Below are positions 28,301 to 43,600 of a stretch of 64,000 nt of DNA, piece by piece. Both the position numbers and the translations under genes were made by a program. Source of the stretch: the human T2T-CHM13v2.0 reference genome, Homo sapiens. How positions within the stretch are numbered: position 1 is the first letter of the stretch; each line of letters opens with the position of its first letter. A model generated the notes under the pieces. It made no database searches and had not been told where the DNA came from. It worked only from the letters and a program-made list of their open reading frames with translations. The stretch lies in assembly GCF_009914755.1 (NCBI RefSeq), contig NC_060925.1; one strand, given 5' to 3'.

Positions 28301-31300
28301 ATCATTATCAAATGGAATCGAATGGAATCACCGAATAGAATCGAATGGAACAATCATCGAATGGACTCAAATGGAATTATCCTCCAATGGAATCGAATGG
28401 AATTATCGAATGCAATCGAATGGAATTATCGAATGCAATCGAATAGAATCATCGAATGGACTCGAATGGAATCATCGAATGGAATGGAATGGAACAGTCA
28501 ATGAACTCGAATGGAATCATCATTGAATGGAATCGAATGGAATCATCGAGTGGAATCGAATGGAATTATGATCAAATGGAATCGAATGTAATCATCATCA
28601 AATGGAATCAAAAATAACCATCATCAATTGGTATTGAATGGAATTGTCATCAAATGGAATTCAAAGGAATCATCATCAAATGGAACCGAATGGAATCCTC
28701 ATTGAATGGAAATGAAAGGGGTCATCATCTAATGGAATCGCATGGAATCATCATCAAATGGAATCGAATGGAATCATCATCAAATGGAATCTAATGGAAT
28801 CATTGAACAGAATTGAATGGAATCGTCATCGAATGAATTGAATGCAATCATCGAATGGTCTCGAATGGAATCATCTTCTAATGGAAAGGAATGGAATCAT
28901 CGCATAGAATCGAATGGAATTATCATCGAATGGAATCGAATGGTATCAACACCAAACGGAAAAAAACGGAATTATCGAATGGAATCGAAGAGAATCTTCG
29001 AACGGACCCGAATGGAATCATCTAATGGAATGGAATGGAATAATCCATGGACTCGAATGCAATCATCATCGAATGGAATCGAATGGAATCATCGAATGGA
29101 CTCGAATGGAATAATCATTGAACGGAATCGAATGGAATCATCATCGGATGGAAACGAATGGAATCATCATCGAATGGAAATGAAAGGAGTCATCATCTAA
29201 TGGAATTGCATGGAATCATCATAAAATGGAATCGAATGGAATCAACATCAAATGGAATCAAATGGAATCATTGAACGGAATTGAATGGAATCGTCATCGA
29301 ATGAATTGAATGCAATCATCGAATGGTCTCGAATGGAATCATCTTCAAATGGAATGGAATGGAATCATCGCATAGAATCGAATGGAATTATCATCGAATG
29401 GAATCGAATGGAATCAACATCAAACGGAAAAAAACGGAATTATCGAATGGAATCGAAGAGAATCATCGAATGGACCCGAATGGAATCATCTAATGGAATG
29501 GAATGGAATAATCCATGGACTCGAATGCAATCATCATCCAATGGAATCGAATGGAATCATCGAATGGACTCGAATGGAATAATCATTGAACGGAATCGAA
29601 TGGAATCATCATCGGATGGAAATGAATGGAATCATCATCGAATGGAATCGAATAGAATTATGGAATGAAATCCAGTGTGATCATCATCGAATGGACCCGA
29701 ATGGAATCATCATCCAACGGAAGCTAATGGAATCAACATCAAATGAATCGAATGGAAACACCATCGAATTGAAACGAATGGAATTATCATGAAATTGAAA
29801 TGGATGGACTCATCATCGAATGGATTCGAATGGAATCATCGAATAAAATTGATTGAAATCATCATCCAATGGAATCGAATGGTATCATTGAATGGAATCG
29901 AATGGAATCATCATCAGATGGAAATGAATGGAATCGTCATAGAATGGAATCGAATGGATTCATTGAATGGAATCAGATGGAATCATCGAATGGACAGGAA
30001 TGGAATCATTGAATGGACTCGAAAGGGATCATTATTGAATGGAATTGAATGGAATCATCGAATGGTCTCGATTGGAATCATTATCAAATGGAATCGAATG
30101 GAATCACCGAATAGAATCGAATGGAACAATCATCGAATGGACTCAAATGGAATTATCCTCCAATGGAATCGAATGGAATTATCGAATGCAATCGAATGGA
30201 ATTATCGAATGCAATCGAATAGAATCATCGAATGGACTCGAATGGAATCATCAAATGGAATGGAATGGAACAGTCAATGAACTCGAATGGAATCATCATT
30301 GAATGGAATCGAATGGAATCATCGAGTGGAATCGAATGGAATTATGATCAAATGGAATCGAATGTAATCATCATCAAATGGAATCAAAAATAACCATCAT
30401 CAATTGGTATTGAAAGGAATTGTCATCAAATGGAATTCAAAGGAATCATCATCAAATGGAACCGAATGGAATCCTCATTGAATGGAAATGAAAGGGGTCA
30501 TCATCTAATGGAATCGCATGGAATCATCATCAAATGGAATCGAATGGAATCATCATCAAATGGAATCTAATGGAATCATTGAACAGAATTGAATGGAATC
30601 GTCATCGAATGAATTGAATGCAATCATCGAATGGTCTCGAATGGAATCATCTTCTAATGGAAAGGAATGGAATCATCGCATAGAATCGAATGGAATTATC
30701 ATCGAATGGAATCGAATGGTATCAACACCAAACGGAAAAAAACGGAATTATCGAATGGAATCGAAGAGAATCTTCGAACGGACCCGAATGGAATCATCTA
30801 ATGGAATGGAATGGAATAATCCATGGACTCGAATGCAATCATCATCGAATGGAATCGAATGGAATCATCGAATGGACTCGAATGGAATAATCATTGAACG
30901 GAATCGAATGGAATCATCATCGGATGGAAACGAATGGAATCATCATCGAATGGAAATGAAAGGAGTCATCACCTAATGGAATTGCATGGAATCATCATAA
31001 AATGGAATCGAATGGAATCAACATCAAATGGAATCAAATGGAATCATTGAACGGAATTGAATGGAATCGTCATCGAATGAATTGAATGCAATCATCGAAT
31101 GGTCTCGAATGGAATCATCTTCAAATGGAATGGAATGGAATCATCGCATAGAATCGAATGGAATTATCATCGAATGGAATCGAATGGAATCAACATCAAA
31201 CGGAAAAAAACGGAATTATCGAATGGAATCGAAGAGAATCATCGAATGGACCCGAATGGAATCATCTAATGGAATGGAATGGAATAATCCATGGACTCGA

Positions 31301-34300
31301 ATGCAATCATCATCGAATGGAATCGAATGGAATCATCGAATGGACTCGAATGGAATAATCATTGAACGGAATCGAATGGAATCATCATCGGATGGAAATG
31401 AATGGAATCATCATCGAATGGAATCGAATAGAATTATGGAATGAAATCCAGTGTGATCATCATCGAATGGACCCGAATGGAATCATCATCCAACGGAAGC
31501 TAATGGAATCAACATCGAATGAATCAAATGGAAACACCACCGAATTGAAACGAATGGAATTACCATGAAATTGAAATGGATGGACTCATCATCGAATGGA
31601 TTCGAATGGAATCATCGAATAAAACTGATTGAAATCATCATCGAATGGAATCGAATGGTATCATTGAATGGAATCGAATGGAATCATCATCAGATGGAAA
31701 TGAATGGAATCGTCATAGAATGGAATCGAATGGATTCATTGAATGGAATCAGATGGAATCATCGAATGGACTGGAATGGAATCATTGAATGGACTCGAAA
31801 GGGATCATGATTGAATGGAATTGAATAGAATCATCGAATGGTCTCGATTGGAATCATTATCAAATGGAATCGAATGGAATCACCGAATAGAATCGAATGG
31901 AACAATCATCGAATGGACTCAAATGGAATTATCCTCCAATGGAATCGAATGGAATTATCAAATGCAATCGAATGGAATTATCGAATGCAATCGAATAGAA
32001 TCATCGAAAGGACTCGAATGGAATCATCGAATGGAATGGAATGGAACAGTCAATGAACTCGAATGGAATCATCATTGAATGGAATCGAATGGAATCATCG
32101 AGTGGAATCGAATGGAATTATGATCAAATGGAATCGAATGTTATCATCATCAAATGGAATCAAAAATAAACATCATCAATTGGTATTGAATGGAATTGTC
32201 ATCAAATGGAATTCAAAGGAATCATCATCAAATGGAACCGAATGGAATCCTCATTGAATGGAAATGAAAGGGGTCATCATCTAATGGAATCGCATGGAAT
32301 CATCATCAAATGGAATCGAATGGAATCATCATCAAATGGAATCTAATGGAATCATTGAACAGAATTGAATGGAATCGTCATCGAATGAATTGAATGCAAT
32401 CATCGAATGGTCTCGAATGGAATCATCTTCTAATGGAAAGGAATGGAATCATCGCATAGAATCGAATGGAATTATCATCGAATGGAATCGAATGGTATCA
32501 ACACCAAACGGAAAAAAAACGGAATTATCGAATGGAATCGAAGAGAATCTTCGAACGGACCCGAATGGAATCATCTAATGGAATGGAATGGAATAATCCA
32601 TGAACTCGAATGCAATCATCATCGAATGGAATCGAATGGAATCATCGAATGGACTCGAATGGAATAATCATTGAACGGAATCGAATGGAATCATCATCGG
32701 ATGGAAACGAATGGAATCATCATCGAATGGAAATGAAAGGAGTCATCATCTAATGGAATTGCATGGAATCATCATAAAATGGAATCGAATGGAATCAACA
32801 TCAAATGGAATCAAATGGAATCATTGAACGGAATTGAATGGAATCGTCATCGAATGAATTGACTGCAATCATCCAATGGTCTCGAATGGAATCATCTTCA
32901 AATGGAATGGAATGGAATCATCGCATAGAATCGAATGGAATTATCATCGAATGGAATCGAATGGAATCAACATCCAACGGAAAAAAACGGAATTATCGAA
33001 TGGAATCGAAGAGAATCATCGAATGGACCCGAATGGAATCATCTAATGGAATGGAATTGAATAATCGATGGACTCGAATGCAATCATCATCGAATGGAAT
33101 CGAATGGAATCATCGAATGGACTCGAATGGAATAATCATTGAACGGAATAGAATGGAATCATCATCGGATGGAAATGAATGGAATCATCATCGAATGGAA
33201 TCGAATAGAATTATGGAATGAAATCCAGTGTGATCATCATCGAATGGACCCGAATGGAATCATCATCCAACGGAAGCTAATGGAATCAACATCGAATGAA
33301 TCGAATGGAAACACCATCGAATTGAAACGAATGGAATTATCATGAAATTGAAATGGATGGACTCATCATCGAATGGATTCGAATGGAATCGTCGAATAAA
33401 ATTGATTGAAATCATCATCGAATGGAATCGAATGGTATCATTGAATGGAATCGAATGGAATCATCATCAGATGGAAATGAATGGAATCGTCATAGAATGG
33501 AATCGAATGGATTCATTGAATGGAATCAGATGGAATCATCGAATGGACTGGAATGGAATCATTGAATGGACTCGAAAGGGATCATGATTGAATGGAATTG
33601 AATGGAATCATCGAATGGTCTCGATTGGAATCATTATCAAATGGAATCGAATGGAATCACCGAATAGAATCGAATGGAACAATCATCGAATGGACTCAAA
33701 TGGAATTATCCTCCAATGGAATCGAATGGAATTATCAAATGCAATCGAATGGAATTATCGAATGCAATCGAATAGAATCATCGAATGGACTCGAATGGAA
33801 TCATCGAATGGAATGGAATGGAACAGTCAATGAACTCGAATGGAATCATCATTGAATGGAATCGAATGGAATCATCGAGTGGAATCGAATGGAATTATGA
33901 TCAAATGGAATCGAATGTTATCATCATCAAATGGAATCAAAAATAACCATCATCAATTGGTATTGAATGGAATTGTCATCAAATGGAATTCAAAGGAATC
34001 ATCATCAAATGGAACCGAATGGAATCCTCATTGAATGGAAATGAAAGGGGTCATCATCTCATGGAATCGCATGGAATCATCATCAAATGGAATCGAATGG
34101 AATCATCATCAAATGGAATCTAATGGAATCATTGAACAGAATTGAATGGAATCGTCATCGAATGAATTGAATGCAATCATCGAATGGTCTCGAATGGAAT
34201 CATCTTCTAATGGAAAGGAATGGAATCATCGCATAGAATCGAATGGAATTATCATCGAATGGAATCGAATGGTATCAACACCAAACGGAAAAAAAACGGA

Positions 34301-35400
34301 ATTATCGAATGGAATCGAAGAGAATCTTCGAACGGACCCGAATGGAATCATCTAATGGAATGGAATGGAATAACCCATGAACTCGAATGCAATCATCATC
34401 GAATGGAATCGAATGGAATCATCGAATGGACTCGAATGGAATAATCATTGAACGGAATCGAATGGAATCATCATCGGATGGAAACGAATGGAATCATAAT
34501 CGAATGGAAATGAAAGGAGTCATCATCTAATGGAATTGCATGGAATCATCATAAAATGGAATCGAATGGAATCAACATCAAATGGAATCAAATGGAATCA
34601 TTGAACGGAATTGAATGGAATCGTCATCGAATGAATTGACTGCAATCATCCAATGGTCTCGAATGGAATCATCTTCAAATGGAATGGAATGGAATCATCG
34701 CATAGAATCGAATGGAATTATCATCGAATGGAATCGAATGGAATCAACATCCAACGGAAAAAAACGGAATTATCGAATGGAATCGAAGAGAATCATCGAA
34801 TGGACCCGAATGGAATCATCTAATGGAATGGAATAGAATAATCGATGGACTCGAATGCAATCATCATCGAATGGAATCGAATGGAATCATCGAATGGACT
34901 CCAATGGAATAATCATTGAACGGAATAGAATGGAATCATCATCGGATGGAAATGAATGGAATCATCATCGAATGGAATCGAATAGAATTATGGAATGAAA
35001 TCCAGTGTGATCATCATCGAATGGACCCGAATGGAATCATCATCCAACGGAAGCTAATGGAATCAACATCGAATGAATCGAATGGAAACACCATCGAATT
35101 GAAACGAATGGAATTATCATGAAATTGAAATGGATGGACTCATCATCGAATGGATTCGAATGGAATCATCGAATAAAATTGATTGAAATCATCATCGAAT
35201 GGAATCGAATGGTATCATTGAATGGAATCGAATGGAATCATCATCAGATGGAAATGAATGGAATCGTCATAGAATGGAATCGAATGGATTCATTGAATGG
35301 AATCAGATGGAATCATCGAATGGACTGGAATGGAATCATTGAATGGACTCGAAAGGGATCATGATTGAATGGAATTGAATGGAATCATCGAATGGTCTCG
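7385..35400. repeat. Central HSat2 sub-domain defined by shared variants (CCATGA, A8 tract, ATCATCCAATGGTCTC)
   Basis: CCATGG>CCATGA in copy A, the 8-A tract giving 1777-bp units, and ATCCAATGGTCTC in copy B were seen only between ~7.7 and ~34.7 kb. No 1753-bp units occur in this interval. Confidence 0.75.
14490..16221. repeat. Unit with 45-bp deletion (missing GGAACAGTCAATGAAC landmark)
   Basis: Spacing 15420 to 17151 = 1731 = 1776-45. At 16070-16090 GGACTCGAATGGAATCATC is followed directly by ATTGAATGG. Confidence 0.92.
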
Positions 35401-38400
35401 ATTGGAATCATTATCAAATGGAATCGAATGGAATCACCGAATAGAATCGAATGGAACAGTCATCGAACGGACTCAAATGGAATTATCCTCAAATGGAATC
35501 GAATGGAATTATCGAATGCAATCGAATGGAATTATCGAATGCAATCGAATAGAATCATCGAATGGACTCGAATGGAATCATCGAATGGAATGGAATGGAA
35601 CAGTCAATGAACTCGAATGGAATCATCATTGAATGGAATCGAATGGAATCATCGAGTGGAATCGAATGGAATTATGATCAAATGGAATCGAATGTAATCA
35701 TCATCAAATGGAATCAAAAATAACCATCATCAATTGGTATTGAATGGAATTGTCATCAAATGGAATTCAAAGGAATCATCATCAAATGGAACCGAATGGA
35801 ATCCTCATTGAATGGAAATGAAAGGGGTCATCATCTAATGGAATCGCATGGAATCATCATCAAATGGAATCGAATGGAATCATCATCAAATGGAATCTAA
35901 TGGAATCATTGAACAGAATTGAATGGAATCGTCATCGAATGAATTGAATGCAATCATCGAATGGTCTCGAATGGAATCATCTTCTAATGGAAAGGAATGG
36001 AATCATCGCATAGAATCGAATGGAATTATCATCGAATGGAATCGAATGGTATCAACACCAAACGGAAAAAAACGGAATTATCGAATGGAATCGAAGAGAA
36101 TCTTCGAACGGACCCGAATGGAATCATCTAATGGAATGGAATGGAATAATCCATGGACTCGAATGCAATCATCATAGAATGGAATCAAATGGAATCATCG
36201 AATGGACTCGAATGGAATAATCATTGAACGGAATCGAATGGAATCATCATCGGATGGAAACGAATGGAATCATCATCGAATGGAAATGAAAGGAGTCATC
36301 ATCTAATGGAATTGCATGGAATCATCATAAAATGGAATCGAATGGAATCAACATCAAATGGAATCAAATGGAATCATTGAACGGAATTGAATGGAATCGT
36401 CATCGAATGAATTGAATGCAATCATCGAATGGTCTCGAATGGAATCATCTTCAAATGGAATGGAATGGAATCATCGCATAGAATCGAATGGAATTATCAT
36501 CGAATGGAATCGAATGGAATCAACATCAAACGGAAAAAAACGGAATTATCGAATGGAATCGAAGAGAATCATCGAATGGACCCGAATGGAATCATCTAAT
36601 GGAATGGAATGGAATAATCCATGGACTCGAATGCAATCATCATCGAATGGAATCGAATGGAATCATCGAATGGACTCGAATGGAATAATCATTGAACGGA
36701 ATCGAATGGAATCATCATCGGATGGAAATGAATGGGATCATCATCGAATGGAATCGAATAGAATTATGGAATGAAATCCAGTGTGATCATCATCGAATGG
36801 ACCCGAATGGAATCATCATCCAACAGAAGCTAATGGAATCAACATCGAATGAATCGAATGGAAACACCATCGAATTCAAACGAATGGAATTACCATGAAA
36901 TTGAAATGGATGGACTCATCATCGAATGGATTCGGATGGAATCATCGAATAAAATTGATTGAAATCATCATCGAATGAAATCGAATGGTATCATTGAATG
37001 GAATCGAATGGAATCATCATCAGATGGAAATGAATGGAATCGTCATAGAATGGAATCGAATGGATTCATTGAATGGAATCAGATGGAATCATCGAATGGA
37101 CTGGAATGGAATCATTGAATGGACTCGAAAGGGATCATGATTGAATGGAATTGAATGGAATCATCGAATGGTCTCGATTGGAATCATTATCAAATGGAAT
37201 CGAATGGAATCACCGAATAGAATCGAATGGAACAATCATCGAATGGACTCAAATGGAATTATCCTTAAATGGAATCGAATGGAATTATCGTATGCAATCG
37301 AATAGAATCATCGAATGGACTCGAATGGAATCATCGAACGGAATGGAATGGAACAGTCAATGAACTCGAATGGAATCATCATTGAATGGAATCGAATGGA
37401 ATCACCGAGTGGAATCGAATGGAATTTTGATCAAATGGAATCGAATGTAATCATCATCAAATGGAATCAAAAATAACCATCATCAATTGGTATTGAATGG
37501 AATAGTCATCAAATGGAATTCAAAGGAATCATCATCAAATGGAACCGAATGGAATCCTCATTGAATGGAAATGAAAGGGGTCATAATCTAATGGAATCGC
37601 ATGGAATCATCATCAAATGGAATCGAATGGAATCATCATCAAATGGAATCTAATGGAATCATTGAACAGAATTGAATGGAATCGTCATCGAATGAATTGA
37701 ATGCAATCATCGAATGGTCTCGAATGGAATCATCTTCTAATGGAAAGGAATGGAATCATCGCATAGAATCGAATGGAATTAACATCGAATGGAATCGAAT
37801 GGTATCAACACCAAACGGAAAAAAACGGAATTATCGAATGGAATCGAAGAGAATCTTCGAACGGACCCGAATGGAATCATCTAATGGAATGGAATGGAAT
37901 AATCCATGGACTCGAATGCAATCATCATCGAATGGAATCGAATGGAATCATCGAATGGACTCGAATGGAATAATCATTGAACGGAATCGAATGGAATCAT
38001 CATCGGATGGAAACGAATGGAATCATCATCGAATGGAAATGAAAGGAGTCATCATCTAATGGAATTGCATGGAATCATCATAAAATGGAATCGAATGGAA
38101 TCAACATCAAATGGAATCAAATGGAATCATTGAACGGAATTGAATGGAATCGTCATCGAATGAATTGACTGCAATCATCGAATGGTCTCGAATGTAATCA
38201 GATTCTAATGGAAAGGAATGGAATCATCGCATAGAATCGAATGGTATTATCATCGAATGGAATCGAATGGAATCAACATCAAACGGAAAAAAACAGAATT
38301 ATCGTATGGAATCGAAGAGAATCATCGAATGGACCCGAATGGAATCATCTAATGGAATGGAATGGAATAATCCATGGACTCGAATGCAATCATCATCGAA

Positions 38401-39290
38401 TGGAATCGAATGGAATCATCGAATGGACTCGAATGGAATAATCATTGAACGGAATCGAATGGAATCATCATCGGATGGAAATGAATGGAATCATCATCGA
38501 ATGGAATCGAATAGAATTATGGAATGAAATCCAGTGTGATCATCATCGAATGGACCCGAATGGAATCATCATCCAACGGAAGCTAATGGAATCAACATCG
38601 AATGAATCGAATGGAAACACCATCGAATTGAAACGAATGGAATTATCATGAAATTGAAATGGATGGACTCATCATCGAATGGATTCGAATGGAATCATCG
38701 AATAAAATTGATTGAAATCATCATCGAATGAAATCGAATGGTATCATTGAATGGAATCGAATGGAATCATCATCAGATGGAAATGAATGGAATCGTCATA
38801 GAATGGAATCGAATGGATTCATTGAATGGAATCAGATGGAATCATCGAATGGACTGGAATGGAATCATTGAATGGACTCGAAAGGGATCATTATTGAATG
38901 GAATTGAATGGAATCATCGAATGGTTTCGATTGGAATCATTATCAAATGGAATCGAATGGAATCACCGAATAGAATCGAATGGAACAATCATCGAATGGA
39001 CTCAAATGGAATTATCCTCAAATGGAATCGAATGGAATTATCGAATGCAATCGAATGGAATTATCGAATGCAATCGAATAGAATCATCGAATGGACTCGA
39101 ATGGAATCATCGAATGGAATGGAATGGAACAGTCAATGAACTCGAATGGAATCATCATTGAATGGAATCGAATGGAATCATCGAGTGGAATCGAATGGAA
39201 TTATGATCAAATGGAATCGAATGTAATCATCATCAAATGGAATCAAAAATAACCATCATCAATTGGTATTGAATGGAATTGTCATCAAAT

Positions 39291-40625
39291 GGAATTCAAA
39301 GGAATCATCATCAAATGGAACCGAATGGAATCCTCATTGAATGGAAATGAAAGGGGTCATCATCTAATGGAATCGCATGGAATCATCATCAAATGGAATC
39401 GAATGGAATCATCATCAAATGGAATCGAATGGAATCAACATCAAATGGAATCAAATGGAATCATTGAACGGAATTGAATGGAATCGTCATCGAATGAATT
39501 GACTGCAATCATCGAATGGTCTCGAATGGAATCATCTTCAAATGGAATGGAATGGAATCATCGCATAGAATCGAATGGAATTATCATCGAATGGAATCGA
39601 ATGGAATCAACATCAAACGGAAAAAAACGGAATTATCGAATGGAATCGAAGAGAATCATCGAATGGACCCGAATGGAATCATCTAATGGAATGGAATGGA
39701 ATAATCCATGGACTCGAATGCAATCATCATCGAATGGAATCGAATGGAATCATCGAATGGACTCGAATGGAATAATCATTGAACGGAATCGAATGGAATC
39801 ATCATCGGATGGAAATGAATGGAATCATCATCGAATGGAATCGAATAGAATTATGGAATGAAATCCAGTGTGATCATCATCGAATGGACCCGAATGGAAT
39901 CATCATACAACGGAAGCTAATGGAATCAACATCGAATGAATCGAATGGAAACACCATCGAATTGAAACGAATGGAATTATCATGAAATTGAAATGGATGG
40001 ACTCATCATCGAATGGATTCGAATGGAATCATCGAATAAAATTGATTGAAATCATCATCGAATGGAATCAAATGGTATCATTGAATGGAATCGAATGGAA
40101 TCATCATCAGATGGAAATGAATGGAATCGTCATAGAATGGAATCGAATGGATTCATTGAATGGAATCAGATGGAATCATCGAATGGACTGGAATGGAATC
40201 ATTGAATGGACTCGAAAGGGATCATGATTGAATGGAATTGAATGGAATCATCGAATGGTCTCGATTGGAATCATTATCAAATGGAATCGAATGGAATCAC
40301 CGAATAGAATCGAATGGAACAATCATCGAATGGACTCAAATGGAATTATCCTCAAATGGAATCGAATGGAATTATCGAATGCAATCGAATGGAATTATCG
40401 AATGAAATCGAATAGAATCATCGAAAGGACTCGAATGGAATCATCGAATGGAATGGAATGGAACAGTCAATGAACTCGAATGGAATCATCATTGAATGGA
40501 ATCGAATGGAATCATCGAGTGGAATCAAATGGAATTATGATCAAATGGAATCGAATGTAATCATCATCAAATGGAATCAAAAATAACCATCATCAATTGG
40601 TATTGAATGGAATTGTCATCAAATG
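39291..40625. repeat. Truncated 1334-bp unit lacking 442 bp (essentially copy A of the internal dimer)
   Basis: Unit spacing 38445 to 39779 = 1334. A-type GGGGTCATCATCTAATGGAATCGCATGG runs directly into B-type ATCAACATCAAATGGAATCAAATGGAATCATTGAACGG at ~39417-39470. Confidence 0.92.
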
Positions 40626-43600
40626 GAATTCAAAGGAATCATCATCAAATGGAACCGAATGGAATCCTCATTGAATGGAAATGAAAGGGGTCATCATCTA
40701 ATGGAATCGCATGGAATCATCATCAAATGGAATCGAATGGAATCATCATCAAATGGAATCTAATGGAATCATTGAACAGAATTGAATGGAATGGTCATCG
40801 AATGAATTGAATGCAATCATCGAGTGGTCTCGAATGGAATCATCTTCTAATGGAAAGGAATGGAATCATCGCATAGAATCGAATGGAATTATCATCGAAT
40901 GGAATCGAATGGTATCAACACCAAACGGAAAAAAACGGAATTATCGAATGGAATCGAAGAGAATCTTCGAACGGACCCGAATGGAATCATCTAATGGAAT
41001 GGAATGGAATAATCCATGGACTCGAATGCAATCATCATCGAATGGAATCGAATGGAATCATCGAATGGACTCGAATGGAATAATCATTGAACGGAATCGA
41101 ATGGAATCATCATCGGATGGAAACGAATGGAATCATCATCGAATGGAAATGAAAGGAGTCATCATCTAATGGAATTGCATGGAATCATCATAAAATGGAA
41201 TCGAATGGAATCAACATCAAATGGAATCAAATGGAATCATTGAACGGAATTGAATGGAATCGTCATCGAATGAATTGAATGCAATCATCGAATGGTCTCG
41301 AATGGAATCATCTTCAAATGGAATGGAATGGAATCATCGCATAGAATCGAATGGAATTATCATCGAATGGAATCGAATGGAATCAAGATCAAACGGAAAA
41401 AAACGGAATTATCGAATGGAATCGAAGAGAATCATCGAATGGACCCGAATGGAATCATCTAAAGGAATGGAATGGAATAATCCATGGACTCGAATGCAAT
41501 CATCATCCAATGGAATCGAATGGAATCATCGAATGGACTCGAATGGAATAATCATTGAACGGAATCGAATGGAATCATCATCGGATGGAAATGAATGGAA
41601 TCATCATCGAATGGAATCGAATAGAATTATGGAATGAAATCCAGTGTGATCATCATCGAATGGACCCGAATGGAATCATCATCCAACGGAAGCTAATGGA
41701 ATCAACATCGAATGAATCGAATGGAAACACCATCGAATTGAAACGAATGGAATTATCATGAAATTGAAATGGATGGACTCATCATCGAATGGATTCGAAT
41801 GGAATCATCGAATAAAATTGATTGAAATCATCATCCAATGGAATCGAATGGTATCATTGAATGGAATCGAATGGAATCATCATCAGATGGAAATGAATGG
41901 AATCGTCATAGAATGGAATCGAATGGATTCATTGAATGGAATCAGATGGAATCATCGAATGGACTGGAATGGAATCATTGAATGGACTCGAAAGGGATCA
42001 TGATTGAATGGAATTGAATGGAATCATCGAATGGTCTCGATTGGAATCATTATCAAATGGAATCGAATGGAATCACCGAATAGAATCGAATGGAACAGTC
42101 ATCGAACGGACTCAAATGGAATTATCCTCAAATGGAATCGAATGGAATTATCGAATGCAATCGAATGGAATTATCGAATGCAATCGAATAGAATCATCGA
42201 ATGGACTTGAATGGAATCATCGAATGGAATGGAATGGAACAGTCAATGAACTCGAATGGAATCATCATTGAATGGAATCGAATGGAATCATCGAGTGGAA
42301 TCGAATGGAATTATGATCAAATGGAATCGAATGTAATCCTCATCAAATGGAATCAAAAATAACCATCATCAATTGGTATTGAATGGAATTGTCATCAAAT
42401 GGAATTCAAAGGAATCATCATCAAATGGAACCGAATGGAATCCTCATTGAATGGAAATGAAAGGGGTCATCATCTAATGGAATCGCATGGAATCATCATC
42501 AAATCGAATCGAATGGAATCATCATCAAATGGAATCTAATGGAATCATTGAACAGAATTGAATGGAATCGTCATCGAATGAATTGAATGCAATCATCGAA
42601 TGGTCTCGAATGGAATCATCTTCTAATGGAAAGGAATGGAATCATCGCATAGAATCGAATGGAATTATCATCGAATGGAATCGAATGGTATCAACACCAA
42701 ACGGAAAAAAACGGAATTATCGAATGGAATCGAAGAGAATCTTCGAACGGACCCGAATGGAATCATCTAATGGAATGGAATGGAATAATCCATGGACTCG
42801 AATGCAATCATCATCGAATGGAATCGAATGGAATCATCGAATGGACTCGAATGGAATAATCATTGAACGGAATCGAATGGAATCATCATCGGATGGAAAC
42901 GAATGGAATCATCATCGAATGGAAATGAAAGGAGTCATCATCTAATGGAATTGCATGGAATCATCATAAAATGGAATCGAATGGAATCAACATCAAATGG
43001 AATCAAATGGAATCATTGAACGGAATTGAATGGAATCGTCATCGAATGAATTGACTGCAATCATCGAATGGTCTCGAATGGAATCATCTTCAAATGGAAT
43101 GGAATGGAATCATCGCATAGAATCGAATGGAATTATCATCGAATGGAATCGAATGGAATCAACATCAAACGGAAAAAAACGGAATTATCGAATGGAATCG
43201 AAGAGAATCATCGAATGGACCCGAATGGAATCATCTAATGGAATGGAATGGAATAATCCATGGACTCGAATGCAATCATCATCGAATGGAATCGAATGGA
43301 ATCATCGAATGGACTCGAATGGAATAATCATTGAACGGAATCGAATGGAATCATCATCGGATGGAAATGAATGGAATCATCATCGAATGGAATCGAATAG
43401 AATTATGGAATGAAATCCAGTGTGATCATCATCGAATGGACCCGAATGGAATCATCATACAACGGAAGCTAATGGAATCAACATCGAATGAATCGAATGG
43501 AAACACCATCGAATTGAAACGAATGGAATTATCATGAAATTGTAATGGATGGACTCATCATCGAATGGATTCGAATGGAATCATCGAATAAAATTGATTG

